The notes under the pieces were generated by a model. The model worked only from the letters and a program-made list of their open reading frames with translations. It searched no databases and was not told where the DNA came from. Positions 43,395-53,361 of a DNA stretch of 64,000 nt are shown in pieces (position 1 is the first letter of the stretch; each line of letters opens with the position of its first letter). Made by a program: the position numbers and the translations under genes. Source of the stretch: Marispirochaeta sp. (GTDB lineage: Bacteria > Spirochaetota > Spirochaetia > JC444 > Marispirochaetaceae); contig CAXXFF010000001.1 in the NCBI GenBank assembly GCA_963676835.2, positions 608,001 to 672,000 on the forward strand, written 5' to 3'.

Positions 43395-43467
43395 TGAGCC
43401 GCACTGGGTTCGAACCAGTGACCCACGCCTTAAAAGGGCGTTGCTCTACCAGCTGAGCTAGCGGCCC
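43395..43467 (-). tRNA. tRNA-Lys(TTT)
   Basis: GGGCCGC...ACGCC-CTTTTAA-GGCGT...GGTTCGAACC...GCGGCTCA. Confidence 0.97.
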
Positions 43468-43482
43468 CGTCATGTGAGAGCG

Positions 43483-43511
43483 ACTATAACAACATCAAAA
43501 AAAAATGTCAA
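43483..43511 (-). promoter_or_regulatory. Promoter of tRNA-Lys/tRNA-Glu
   Basis: TTGACA-N17-TATAGT. Confidence 0.8.
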
Positions 43512-43528
43512 CTGAAATTATGATAAAA

Positions 43529-44689
43529 TTAGTATCTGAATTCAAGTCCAATTATAACATTGTAAACCGGCTGCATTCCCGGCTCTATACTCTCTTCTGA
43601 CCCGTACATGGCCAGGTTGAATTTTGCGAAGTTCAGATCCACCCCAAGGCCCGCAGACAGCAGTCCTTCGGACACGCCAGCCCGGAGAGAAAGAATCTCC
43701 AGCATGCTGAACTCTCCCCCTACCCCTATGTGCAGCACAGGGTTGGTAGCCAGTTCAGGGAACATGAGAAAATCGAGCATATCCCGGTAATCAAGATAGA
43801 GATCGATATCGCTGAAGTAATCACGGAATACACCTAGTGGCGGTGAGTAGCGGAATCCGGCATGCAGCTGAAAGGGAAGAACTCCTCCGGAGGTATCCGT
43901 AGCGGCGGTTCCATCCAGATATTCATTCATACTGGCATAACTGGTACGCAGGGTGGGACTGAATACATCCTCACCCATGAGTCCAAAGCCGAAGTGGTCT
44001 CCATAACTGTAGAGTACTCCCAGGTCAAAGCCGATTCCGCTGATATTGGCATAAGGCTCATCCATAATCAGACCGGGGCCTATATTATTCAGAAAATCGT
44101 TTATCAGAAGCAGCGAATAGGTAAAGCCGCTTTCGCTTCGGAGAAAACCCTTCATGCTGACACCCACATCTAAGGTGTGCTTTGTGCCCTCAAAGGCGGG
44201 GATACGGAATGCATAGCCTCCAACCAGGATCATCTCTTCTGTAATGGTGGACGCTACATCGGTGGTTGTCGGGGTTTCAAAAAGAATATCTGTATGATTG
44301 TAAATCCCGAAACCGATGCCGTCTCCCACAAAACCGACAGCAATTGGACCAAGCATATCCATGCCGGCATTCAGGCCGCTGAATATTTCCCAGGTTTTCG
44401 GGTTACTGACCAGATCGCCACCCTCAAGAAAGAGGTTGGTCATATCGAATATGGGACCGCTCAGGTTGAGGGTAAGTTCAGACACCGAAAGCTCCGGCTC
44501 GGCGGACCTGTAGCCTGCAGGGTTGCTCCAGAGTGCGGAAACATCATCTGCCAGCGCTGCATGATACCCGCCAAGGGCTGCCATGCGGGCCGACGGTATT
44601 TCTATACTTGGCTCTGTATGGAGGTCGATAGAGAATAGCGAAACTGAGAGCACAGACAAACTAACAATGATGCAAAATAAATGTTTCAC
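43529..44689 (-). CDS. Outer-membrane beta-barrel, FadL/PorV/TraF-like
   Basis: Signal peptide; SARMAALGG...ALWSNPAG hatch motif; amphipathic strands; terminal LEFRY beta-signal. Confidence 0.75.
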   Translation of the reverse strand: MKHLFCIIVSLSVLSVSLFSIDLHTEPSIEIPSARMAALGGYHAALADDVSALWSNPAGYRSAEPELSVSELTLNLSGPIFDMTNLFLEGGDLVSNPKTWEIFSGLNAGMDMLGPIAVGFVGDGIGFGIYNHTDILFETPTTTDVASTITEEMILVGGYAFRIPAFEGTKHTLDVGVSMKGFLRSESGFTYSLLLINDFLNNIGPGLIMDEPYANISGIGFDLGVLYSYGDHFGFGLMGEDVFSPTLRTSYASMNEYLDGTAATDTSGGVLPFQLHAGFRYSPPLGVFRDYFSDIDLYLDYRDMLDFLMFPELATNPVLHIGVGGEFSMLEILSLRAGVSEGLLSAGLGVDLNFAKFNLAMYGSEESIEPGMQPVYNVIIGLEFRY

Positions 44690-44703
44690 TATTCCTCCAA
44701 AAA

Positions 44704-45351
44704 TCAGGAATCTCCATTAAAAATATCATCAAACTCTTCAGGATCATAGCCAGCTGCGGTCAGATACGCTGCTGCATCTGCCAGTGCGGCAGGGGGCGAG
44801 TCCCAATCGACAGTAGTTAAATCACCACTTCCAGCCTCAGCTATATCCCCATCAAGATCAGGGTCAAGATACTCAATAATAATAGCAGCAGCTGCTGCTG
44901 CATATTGTCCCTCGGTAGGAGTTATGCCTTGGGCTATTGCTGCAGCTATATGATTGTCAACATCTGTTAGCATAGCTAAATCCATATCTTCCAACACAGT
45001 ATCTATATCAACACTGCCGGGGTCTGACATAACAGTTTCAAAGGTCTCTGATATCCCGCTAAGCCCCATGGCAAGATCCGCCGCAAGTAAATATTGCTCC
45101 GGATCATCAGCTGCAAGATCAACAATTTCATCATAGATATCAGCCATTGCAGCGGTATCTCCGGCTTCGAGTGCATCTTCCGCATAGGCTACCTGCTGAG
45201 TAGGCGGAAGATTCGAGGGATCCCGCTGGAGACCTTCCATGAGGCTGGTAGTGAAAAGTTCCTGACATGCGGAAAGCAGGAAAAATGCTGCCATTATCAA
45301 TAGAACAGCAGCTATCCTTATCTGTTTTCTATTACGGGAGATATCCTTCAT
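44704..45351 (-). CDS. Acidic lipoprotein
   Basis: Lipobox LSAC; Asp/Ala-rich; DPDLDG motif. Confidence 0.8.
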   Translation of the reverse strand: MKDISRNRKQIRIAAVLLIMAAFFLLSACQELFTTSLMEGLQRDPSNLPPTQQVAYAEDALEAGDTAAMADIYDEIVDLAADDPEQYLLAADLAMGLSGISETFETVMSDPGSVDIDTVLEDMDLAMLTDVDNHIAAAIAQGITPTEGQYAAAAAAIIIEYLDPDLDGDIAEAGSGDLTTVDWDSPPAALADAAAYLTAAGYDPEEFDDIFNGDS

Positions 45352-45412
45352 GTTGATTCACCCTCCTTAATCCCTGCCGGCCGATAAACACGGCATGGTG
45401 ACTATAAGTATA

Positions 45413-46558
45413 TTAGAACCGGAGCCGCGCTTCCAGAGCTATCCCGCTCATTCCTTCTCCGCCTTCTGTTTGCGGCAGTTCAGAAAACCAGGAAACTCCC
45501 AGTCCAAGTATCGGCAGATCGAGATCAGCACCTAAACTGACTCCCCCGGCATTAAAGCCCCCGAGAAGTGAAAGCGGCCCGGGGAGGCCCAGATCGAATC
45601 CGGCAATTCCCTTTTCCGGAAGCTCCTTCAGACTTTCAACAGAGGCAAGATCCTGAACTTCCAGAAAAAGCGCAGGCTGCCATCTCTCAGCAGTTCCAGA
45701 ATTAAAGATATAGCGTAAGCCGCCATTAATCTTCATGGGAATAGCAAGCTCAACGGTATCATTGCCGCCGGAATCAGCCGCCGGGGCTCCATACAGACGC
45801 GAAACAGCCTCTCCGACATTACCGGAAACACTGCCCCTTAAGCGGGTATTCCCGACATCCCGAATGAGCACACCAGCACTCATTCCGCGATATGATACCG
45901 TTCCGCCAAGGTCAAAGGCAAAACCCGTGGCATACCATGGATCGGCCACCCCGGCAAGGATCTCATAGAGTTTTAATGGAGCACCCAGACTGGTACCCGC
46001 TTCCAGGGCTGTTGCTTCGCTGTATGTACCATATACCCGTGCCAGAGGACGGATATCCCCGGCTATGCAGATGTCCCAGTCACCGGGAGTTATTCCAACG
46101 GCATAGCCTATTACCGCAGAAAGATCGGCAGAGACATACCCTTCCACGCTGCTGCCGTCTGTGAAATTGAAGGTTTCGATACCGTTTAAAATCCCGAGAC
46201 CGACACCTTTGCCGGTGATTCCAGCCGAAAATGCCGCTCCCTCTCCATATCCATCCTCCGAAGCCTTCCGAACTTCCTCCTCAGAGGGATCTGAAGTGAA
46301 GGCAGTAAGAGCATCAAAGCCTGATGTGAGCCAGGGTGTTACCTGAAGCAGGGTATAATCCACATCTGTGGATCTCTTTATAGAAGCAGGATTGGTAAAA
46401 AGAGCACTTACCCCTTCGGCGCCGAAAACCGTCAGCCCTCCGAGAGCCGAAAGCCGGGTATCCCGGTAATTGAATGGTTCCAGGTTCTGGGAAAAAAGAT
46501 ATGCCCCGGGGGAGAAACAGATAAAAATTGTCAGCCACACAGTAAGTAAAAAGCGCAT
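45413..46558 (-). CDS. Outer-membrane beta-barrel, FadL/PorV/TraF-like paralog
   Basis: Signal peptide; DTRLSALGG...ALFTNPAS; GFAFDLG; terminal ARLRF. Confidence 0.7.
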   Translation of the reverse strand: MRFLLTVWLTIFICFSPGAYLFSQNLEPFNYRDTRLSALGGLTVFGAEGVSALFTNPASIKRSTDVDYTLLQVTPWLTSGFDALTAFTSDPSEEEVRKASEDGYGEGAAFSAGITGKGVGLGILNGIETFNFTDGSSVEGYVSADLSAVIGYAVGITPGDWDICIAGDIRPLARVYGTYSEATALEAGTSLGAPLKLYEILAGVADPWYATGFAFDLGGTVSYRGMSAGVLIRDVGNTRLRGSVSGNVGEAVSRLYGAPAADSGGNDTVELAIPMKINGGLRYIFNSGTAERWQPALFLEVQDLASVESLKELPEKGIAGFDLGLPGPLSLLGGFNAGGVSLGADLDLPILGLGVSWFSELPQTEGGEGMSGIALEARLRF

Positions 46559-46702
46559 AATAACCCCGGCAGGTCTGAATCAGGATTCAACGCAGCCTGC
46601 CCATGAACCTCAGGGTATAAGTATACTGCAATTGAATCGCTCTTTCTTTTTTTCGGGTACAGTTCGGATAAAATTTACGCTTAAGGTCATAAATATATAT
46701 GG

Positions 46703-48022
46703 CTATAGAGGTTTTCCTGAAAGTCTTCCATCTATTTCTTCAAGCAGAGCCCGATAGGCCATCCCTTTTTTTGCGGAACCTGCCAGAGAAGACGGAACAT
46801 CCACATGAAGATAGTTCCCGGTAAGGCCCCGGCCGTTATCCTGACCTTCGGGTAAGGTTTCAACAACAACTCCTTCCTCCCGGCCAATCCAGCGCTCCGT
46901 ATAGGCTTTGAGCCAGCTGCTGCTCCTTTCCCGCAAAACAGCTGTATGCTCTCCGGTTATCCGCTCCGGAACATGGTGCTTAAAACCTGCAGCCGCAGTA
47001 CCCGGTCTGGAGGAATAGGGAAAAACATGCAGTGCAGCGGGCTCAATCTCCTCCAGCAGGGAAAGAGATGTGCGGAACGCCTGCTCGTTTTCTCCGGGGA
47101 ATCCCGCAATAATGTCTGCAGCAATAAAAGGGTCATCCTTTACCTGCCTGAGGAGCCTGACTCCTTCCAGTACCTTTTCGCCTGGATAACGCCGGGCCAT
47201 CTTTTCAAGCACCCCGTCATCTCCGGACTGTATGGGCAGATGAAAATGGGGACAAATTCTTGAATCAGCCAGAACCTCAATATGTTCCGGCACCAGCCAG
47301 TCGGGTTCAATTGAAGAGAGACGAAAGCGGGTGCGGGAGGTAGCAGCGAGAAGACTTTTCAACAGATCAGCAAGCCCATGTCCCCTGGAGGAATAGAGGG
47401 AGAGGTTTATGCCGGTAAGCACAATCTCATCAAAACCATCCTCTTCAAGAGCTGCTGTACGCCGTACTATTTCATCAAGGTCGAGGGAGACTGAATCCCC
47501 TCTGGCAAGAGTAACCCTGCAGTAGGTACAGGCGTTGTCACAGCCGTCCTGGATTTTAAGAAAGGGCCGGGAATGGTCAGTAAATGTCCGGGCGTTGAAC
47601 TCAAAACGATCCTGCGGATCCGGACGGCCGCCGGAAAGGATATGCCGGACCCCCTCCTCCACCAGAGATGCACCGCAGCCGGAATCATTCAGATAGAGCG
47701 GAAGATTGAGCAGCATCGACTTCTGTTCCCCCGAAACAACCGCAACCCTGGGCCCCAGAGATTCAAAAACATCGGGATCCATCTGGGCATAACAGCCGGT
47801 AACAATAACTGTTGCATCGGGATGCTCCCGGGAAAACCTGCGGATCATCCGCCGGGCTTTCTGCTCAGACTTGGAGGTAACCGTACAGGTATTTACCACA
47901 TAAATGTCTGCAGCCTCCGAGGGAGGTACAATAAAAAAGCCCTGACTTCCAAAGGAAGAAGCCAGGGCTTCGCTTTCACACTGATTGAGCTTACAGCCCA
48001 GTGTATAAAAGGCAACCCTCAT
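46703..48022 (-). CDS. mtaB: tRNA t6A37 methylthiotransferase MtaB
   Basis: TLGCKLNQCESE, VNTCTVT, KIQDGCDNACTYC, LHVFPYSSRPGT. Confidence 0.93.
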   Translation of the reverse strand: MRVAFYTLGCKLNQCESEALASSFGSQGFFIVPPSEAADIYVVNTCTVTSKSEQKARRMIRRFSREHPDATVIVTGCYAQMDPDVFESLGPRVAVVSGEQKSMLLNLPLYLNDSGCGASLVEEGVRHILSGGRPDPQDRFEFNARTFTDHSRPFLKIQDGCDNACTYCRVTLARGDSVSLDLDEIVRRTAALEEDGFDEIVLTGINLSLYSSRGHGLADLLKSLLAATSRTRFRLSSIEPDWLVPEHIEVLADSRICPHFHLPIQSGDDGVLEKMARRYPGEKVLEGVRLLRQVKDDPFIAADIIAGFPGENEQAFRTSLSLLEEIEPAALHVFPYSSRPGTAAAGFKHHVPERITGEHTAVLRERSSSWLKAYTERWIGREEGVVVETLPEGQDNGRGLTGNYLHVDVPSSLAGSAKKGMAYRALLEEIDGRLSGKPL

Positions 48023-48657
48023 GCGCCGTTCATTTTATTCGACGCCCGCTCTTTACCCCGGAGGGCATCCGAAAGGGACGGGTTGAGTTTCAGGGCCTGA
48101 TCATAGGCTTCCATGGCAAAGGCGAAATCTTCCGCCATCTCCCGGGCATAGCCCAGACGGGCCCACCAGCGGGCCACCGTTGGCCGATGATAAACCGCTG
48201 TTGAGAAGGCAATATCTGCATGGTTAAACTCCCCGATGCGAATAAAAACCTCTCCCATAAAATAATAGACCATACCGATTCTGTCGCCGGTGGGAGCAAG
48301 CACGGTATATTCCTCAAAGTATTTCAGGGAATCGACATTATTGCCCAGATAATAATTCGCCTCCGCGGCAATCTCAACAACCCGGTGATCATAGCGGGAT
48401 ATTTCCAGCCCTTTCAGTGAATAGTCCAGGGCTTCCTGGTATCGCTTCAGGGAAATCAGACTCCAGCCGAGGACTGTGAAGGAATTCATGTTACGGGGAG
48501 AAATTTCCAGCTCCGAAAGACAGACATTCACCGCCTTCGCATACTCGCCCTGCTGGTACATAGCCAGGGCGTCGGGGCGGTCCTGGGCTGCCAGGGGCAG
48601 AACAAGCAAAACAAGAAGTGACCCGATTACAATCCGGTTCTTAAGTGTACAGTTCAT
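48019..48657 (-). CDS. Exported TPR protein
   Basis: Signal peptide followed by TPR repeats; start uncertain (ORF extends to 48690). Confidence 0.8.
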   Translation of the reverse strand: MNCTLKNRIVIGSLLVLLVLPLAAQDRPDALAMYQQGEYAKAVNVCLSELEISPRNMNSFTVLGWSLISLKRYQEALDYSLKGLEISRYDHRVVEIAAEANYYLGNNVDSLKYFEEYTVLAPTGDRIGMVYYFMGEVFIRIGEFNHADIAFSTAVYHRPTVARWWARLGYAREMAEDFAFAMEAYDQALKLNPSLSDALRGKERASNKMNGA

Positions 48658-48667
48658 TACAGTGTCC

Positions 48668-49048
48668 TTATTTTTGTCCCAGATTCTCAACTTCGGAGGG
48701 TGATTTCATGGTGCAGATACCGTTAAAACGGCAGCCGCTCTCCATTACGATATCGGGAGCAGTTATATCGCCGTCAACACTGGCGGAGGCAAAAAGCTCC
48801 ACCCTGGTGTCGGCAAGGATATCGCCTTTTACCGTTCCCTTTAAAGAGACAATATTAGCCTTTACCCGGGCTTCGACCACTGCATCTTCATCAATGTAAA
48901 GATCGCCGGAGGCATTTACGTCGCCGGTCAGCCGGCCCTTGATCATCAGGGACTTATCAAAATTGAGGGTTCCGGAGAAGTCAAAATCTTCCGCCAGAAT
49001 AGTATCTATTTCGTTTTCATCTACAGAATAAAACTGGTAATCCGACAT
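48668..49048 (-). CDS. Bactofilin (polymer-forming cytoskeletal protein)
   Basis: DTILAEDFDFSGTL, VDGDITAP, ESGCRFNGICTM. Confidence 0.92.
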   Translation of the reverse strand: MSDYQFYSVDENEIDTILAEDFDFSGTLNFDKSLMIKGRLTGDVNASGDLYIDEDAVVEARVKANIVSLKGTVKGDILADTRVELFASASVDGDITAPDIVMESGCRFNGICTMKSPSEVENLGQK

Positions 49049-49101
49049 CAGGTTCTCCTTTTTGCCGTGGCCTAAACTCTATCCGCGCCATGAGCGTGCT
49101 G

Positions 49102-49842
49102 TCAAGCGGGCAGACCGGGGACTTCTTTCAATTTATCCATAAAGCGGTCCAGGGACTCTTTCAGCGACTGCCGCATCTCATGGGTATGAGGATTAAAACG
49201 CTGAAGATCCAGAAATAGCTGCTCCGGGTCGTTACAGGTCTGTTCGATAATCTGCAGCAGGCTGGTATACCCCAAAGTGGCCATGGGACTGGGCTGAAGA
49301 TGAAGATCATCGAGCACCCGGCCCAGGAAGTGGGTTATCCCCTGGGTATATGCCGCTGTTTTGTCATGTTCATCAGGCGTAAGTTCCACCATGTCAACCT
49401 CGAGGGAGGCAAAAAGGTCACGGAGAGCACGGTCATTTTCCGGTTCAAGACGTACCGGAGAATAGACAAGGGGAAGCCCGGCTATTCCGTTGGCTCCGGA
49501 ATCCGGTCCGAACATGGGATGACTTGCGGCAATCTGAATACTATCGGGCAGCCATTTTTCCATAACCGAAACGGGATACACTTTTACTGAACAGGTATCC
49601 ATAACTACCGTTCCAGGCTTCAGCTTTGGAGCAATGCGTTTAACCACATCCTCCACTGCGGAAATAGCCACACACAGGATAATCACATCGCAGTTGAGCA
49701 GGGCATCTTCATCCACCTGCTCAATTCGGGGATCAAGGCCCTCTTTAGCCCTTCGGGAATATCCTGCAACGGAAGTTTTTTTTGCCAGTTCTGCCGCCCA
49801 GAAGGCGCCGAATCGGCCTAATCCATAGACACCGAGTTTCAT
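49102..49842 (-). CDS. tyrA: Prephenate/arogenate dehydrogenase
   Basis: GLGRFG, DTCSVK, HPMFGP, EHD...TQGITH. Confidence 0.9.
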   Translation of the reverse strand: MKLGVYGLGRFGAFWAAELAKKTSVAGYSRRAKEGLDPRIEQVDEDALLNCDVIILCVAISAVEDVVKRIAPKLKPGTVVMDTCSVKVYPVSVMEKWLPDSIQIAASHPMFGPDSGANGIAGLPLVYSPVRLEPENDRALRDLFASLEVDMVELTPDEHDKTAAYTQGITHFLGRVLDDLHLQPSPMATLGYTSLLQIIEQTCNDPEQLFLDLQRFNPHTHEMRQSLKESLDRFMDKLKEVPGLPA

Positions 49843-49943
49843 GATCTGGAATACTATACGCAACACTCTTTATAAGCAAGTATCAGCAATCCAGGCATGA
49901 CAGAAGAGAAAGTCGTGCTGTGGCATATCAGGAGCCGATTTTT

Positions 49944-50522
49944 ATGAAAATTTGTGTTTATTGTTCATCCAGCGATGCAGTACCGGCAAAATACCTCAAG
50001 GCAGCCGAAGAGACCGGCAGAGTTCTGGCATCCCGGGGGCACAGCCTTGTATACGGCGGTGCCAGCGTCGGCTCCATGGGGGCAGTCGCCAGGGGGGCCA
50101 AGGAGAACGGAGGATTCGTAACCGGGGTAATCCCCGAAAAACTGCATAATCACGGCCTTTCTTTCAGCGGCCTTGATAAAGAGATTATCACCCCTAAAAT
50201 GAGGGAGCGGAAGATGATTATGGAGGAGGAGGCGGATGCCTTTCTTGCCCTCCCCGGGGGAATAGGCACCCTGGAAGAGATATTCGAAGTAATGGTACTG
50301 AAACAGCTGGGATATCACAACAGACCGGTAGTTTTTGCCGATATAGACGGTTTTTACACTCCCCTCGCAGGCTTTCTGGAAAATCTTTACCGGGAAAACT
50401 TTATGAAAGAACGTACCAGGGGGCAGTATTTTATGGCGGATTCCGTCCAGGCTGCCATTGAGTACATTGAAAATTATACTCCGCCGGAAGCCGTCGATAA
50501 ATGGTTCAACCATTCTTCATAA
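49944..50522 (+). CDS. LOG family phosphoribohydrolase
   Basis: ICVYCSS, LVYGG, MRERK, PGGIGTLEE. Confidence 0.92.
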   Translation: MKICVYCSSSDAVPAKYLKAAEETGRVLASRGHSLVYGGASVGSMGAVARGAKENGGFVTGVIPEKLHNHGLSFSGLDKEIITPKMRERKMIMEEEADAFLALPGGIGTLEEIFEVMVLKQLGYHNRPVVFADIDGFYTPLAGFLENLYRENFMKERTRGQYFMADSVQAAIEYIENYTPPEAVDKWFNHSS

Positions 50523-50607
50523 ACTGAGGTCCCACCCCCTTTTTATGCCACCTTCTTTCTGGTAGGATACTGCATACCGCCCGGAAATTTAAGGAGATTT
50601 AACTACC

Positions 50608-51603
50608 ATGAGTTTTGCAGAAAAAATGCTTGATAAAGCCCAAAAGAAGGCAGCCCGACTTGTTCTGGCGGAAGGAACCGAACCGAGAACTGTTCAGGCA
50701 GCCAAGATCATTATCGACAAGAAAATTGCCAAAGAGGTAAGTCTTATCGGAAAGATCGATGACATCAAGGCTGTTGCCGCAGAGAATAACGTGGATCTCA
50801 GCGGGGTGACCCTGATTGATCCCGCCGCATCAGACAGACTTGATGCCTATGCCAAAGAATTCTATGAACTGCGCAAACATAAAGGAATGACCGAAGAAGA
50901 AGCAAAAGCAGCGATTCAGGATCCCCTCCGCTGGGGCTCCATGATGGTCCGCATAAGCGATGCCGATGCAATGGTTGCCGGAGCTGAAAATGCCACCGGA
51001 AAGGTCCTTGTTGCGGCATTCACCATAATCAAGACAGCTCCCGGAGTTAATTACGCTTCATCCTGCTTTGTAATGGCCCACCCTGATTCAAAATGGGGCG
51101 CCGACGGCAACATGATTTTCGCAGACTGTGCAACAATCCCGGACCCCACGGCGGAGCAGCTTGCAGAAATTGCCATAGCATCCGCTGAGTCCTGCAAAAC
51201 ATTCCTCGAAGCAGAACCACAGGTTGCCCTGCTTTCATTCTCCACCAAGGGATCAGCATCTCATCCCAATGTTGATAAAGTTGTCCAGGCCTTTAACCTG
51301 GTTAAGGAAAAAGCTCCCGACCTTAAGGTTGACGGCGAACTTCAGGCCGATGCAGCTCTTATCCCCGCAGTAGGCAGCAAGAAAGCTCCCGGATCAACCG
51401 TTGCCGGTAACGCCAACGTGCTGGTTTTCCCTGACCTTCAGGCTGGAAACATCGGCTACAAGCTGGTTGAACGCCTTGCCGGTGCCGAAGCATACGGACC
51501 GATCCTTCAGGGATTTGCAAAACCCGTGAGCGACCTTTCCAGAGGATGCAGCGTTGATGATATTGTAGTTACTTCTGCAATTACCCTGGCCCAGGTTAAA
51601 TAA
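50608..51603 (+). CDS. pta: Phosphate acetyltransferase
   Basis: [44 protein letters not shown]. Confidence 0.97.
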   Translation: MSFAEKMLDKAQKKAARLVLAEGTEPRTVQAAKIIIDKKIAKEVSLIGKIDDIKAVAAENNVDLSGVTLIDPAASDRLDAYAKEFYELRKHKGMTEEEAKAAIQDPLRWGSMMVRISDADAMVAGAENATGKVLVAAFTIIKTAPGVNYASSCFVMAHPDSKWGADGNMIFADCATIPDPTAEQLAEIAIASAESCKTFLEAEPQVALLSFSTKGSASHPNVDKVVQAFNLVKEKAPDLKVDGELQADAALIPAVGSKKAPGSTVAGNANVLVFPDLQAGNIGYKLVERLAGAEAYGPILQGFAKPVSDLSRGCSVDDIVVTSAITLAQVK

Positions 51604-51621
51604 GAGAGGACTACAGACCGC

Positions 51622-52368
51622 ATGCAGGTACTTATCGTAGGCTACGGGGCCATGGGCCACATGATAGAAGATATTCTCATCCGCCGGGGTCACACCATAG
51701 CCGGCAGGGTTGATCCTGCCGGAATTGGAGACGCTGCGGAGGTTACTCCGGAACTGCTGAAAAAAGCAGACGGGGTAATAGAGTTTTCCCTTGCAGGCGG
51801 ACTTCTGGACAACATACGCAAGTATGCAGAAGCCCGCATTCCCGCCGTAATAGGCACCACAGGATGGGAAGACAAAAGGGAGGAAGCACGTCAGATAATC
51901 CTTGATAATGGGTCAACCCTGCTCTGGGGAAACAACTTCTCCGTCGGGGCTAACCTGTTTTTCAACCTGGTAAGCCGTGCTGCATTTCTTATCAACGATA
52001 TAGAAGACTATGATATCATGGTAAACGAGTACCATCATAAGCGGAAAAAGGATTCTCCCTCGGGAACAGCCATAACCACCGCGGAAAAGATTATCGCAAA
52101 TCTGGACCGTAAAACGGTAATTCAGACAGAAACCCTTGATAGAGCCATTGAAGACAATGAACTTCATGTGGGCTCAGTCAGGGGCGGCTGGATTCCCGGT
52201 ATTCATACGGTTACCATGGATTCCGAGGCTGATACCATTGAGATAACCCACAACGCCCGCAGCAGAGGCGGTTTTGCCCTTGGTGCTGTCAGGGCAATGG
52301 AGTGGGTAGCGGGAAAAAACGGATTTTTCTCGGTAGATGATTTTATTAACGATATTTTACCCAGCTAA
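51622..52368 (+). CDS. dapB: 4-hydroxy-tetrahydrodipicolinate reductase
   Basis: GYGAMG, VIGTTG, NFSVG, EYHHKRKKDSPSGTA. Confidence 0.96.
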   Translation: MQVLIVGYGAMGHMIEDILIRRGHTIAGRVDPAGIGDAAEVTPELLKKADGVIEFSLAGGLLDNIRKYAEARIPAVIGTTGWEDKREEARQIILDNGSTLLWGNNFSVGANLFFNLVSRAAFLINDIEDYDIMVNEYHHKRKKDSPSGTAITTAEKIIANLDRKTVIQTETLDRAIEDNELHVGSVRGGWIPGIHTVTMDSEADTIEITHNARSRGGFALGAVRAMEWVAGKNGFFSVDDFINDILPS

Positions 52369-52380
52369 GGGAGGTTCTTC

Positions 52381-53259
52381 ATGAAACTGGAAGGTGTTTA
52401 TACAGCCCTCGTTACCCCATTCAATAAAGACGGAAGCGTAGATACAGGAGCCCTGAAGGACCTGGTTGAAGCGCAGATACAGGGAGGCGTGGCAGGTCTG
52501 GTACCCATGGGAACCACCGGCGAAAGCGCAACCCTTAACCATACCGAGCATGTTGACGTTATTGGTATAGTTGTAGAAACAGCAAACGGCCGCGTACCGG
52601 TGATTGCCGGAACCGGGTCCAATTCCACCCAGGAAGCAATTGAGATGACCCGTCAGGCAGAGGAACTCGGTGCCGATGCCAGTCTGCAGGTTGCCCCCTA
52701 CTATAACAAACCCGGACAGGAAGGCTTCTACGCCCACTTTTCGGCTATTGCCGATGCGGTGGACATTCCCCATATTCTCTACAATATTCCCGGCCGCTGC
52801 GCCATGAATGTTGAGGCGGATACCATTATCAGACTGGCAAAGCACCCCAACATTGCGGGGGTAAAAGAAGCTTCCGGATCAATTGCCCAGGTTATGGAGA
52901 TTATCAATAACAGCCCTGACGATTTCGCAGTGCTCTCGGGAGATGACGCCTGGGCCTTCCCCATGGTTGCAATCGGCGGACAGGGAATAGTCTCTGTAGC
53001 CAGCAACATTATTCCCCGGAAAATGTCAGATATGATAGACGATGCCCTCAAAGGCAACATGGATGCAGCACGCAAGGCACACTACGGTCTGCTCTCCTTT
53101 TTCGGTGCACTCTTTGTAGAGACAAACCCGGTACCGGTTAAGTACGCCCTTTCGGTTCAGAAGAAGATGGAAGAGGTATACCGGCTGCCCATGGTTCCCC
53201 TCTCAGATTCCAGCAGAGAGACTGTAAAGAGCGCAATGAAGGCAATCGGCATTCTGTAG
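52381..53259 (+). CDS. dapA: 4-hydroxy-tetrahydrodipicolinate synthase
   Basis: GTTGES, PYYNKP, YNIPGR, KEASG, ETNPVPVK; follows dapB. Confidence 0.97.
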   Translation: MKLEGVYTALVTPFNKDGSVDTGALKDLVEAQIQGGVAGLVPMGTTGESATLNHTEHVDVIGIVVETANGRVPVIAGTGSNSTQEAIEMTRQAEELGADASLQVAPYYNKPGQEGFYAHFSAIADAVDIPHILYNIPGRCAMNVEADTIIRLAKHPNIAGVKEASGSIAQVMEIINNSPDDFAVLSGDDAWAFPMVAIGGQGIVSVASNIIPRKMSDMIDDALKGNMDAARKAHYGLLSFFGALFVETNPVPVKYALSVQKKMEEVYRLPMVPLSDSSRETVKSAMKAIGIL

Positions 53260-53302
53260 CCATACATATCACACCCTGATTTCCGGAAGGATACAGGACC
53301 AT

Positions 53303-53344
53303 AAAAAAGGCGGTACTCCTCATCTGAGGTGAACCGCCTTTTTT
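53303..53344. terminator. Bidirectional intrinsic terminator
   Basis: AAAAAAGGCGGT...ACCGCCTTTTTT between convergent genes. Confidence 0.88.
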
Positions 53345-53361
53345 ACGTATTAACCGCTTTG

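Noticed and set aside
45380..45387. GCCGATAA sigma28 -10 element
   Set aside because: On the opposite strand to the flanking genes, no correctly spaced TAAA, and it lies in a small hairpin loop.
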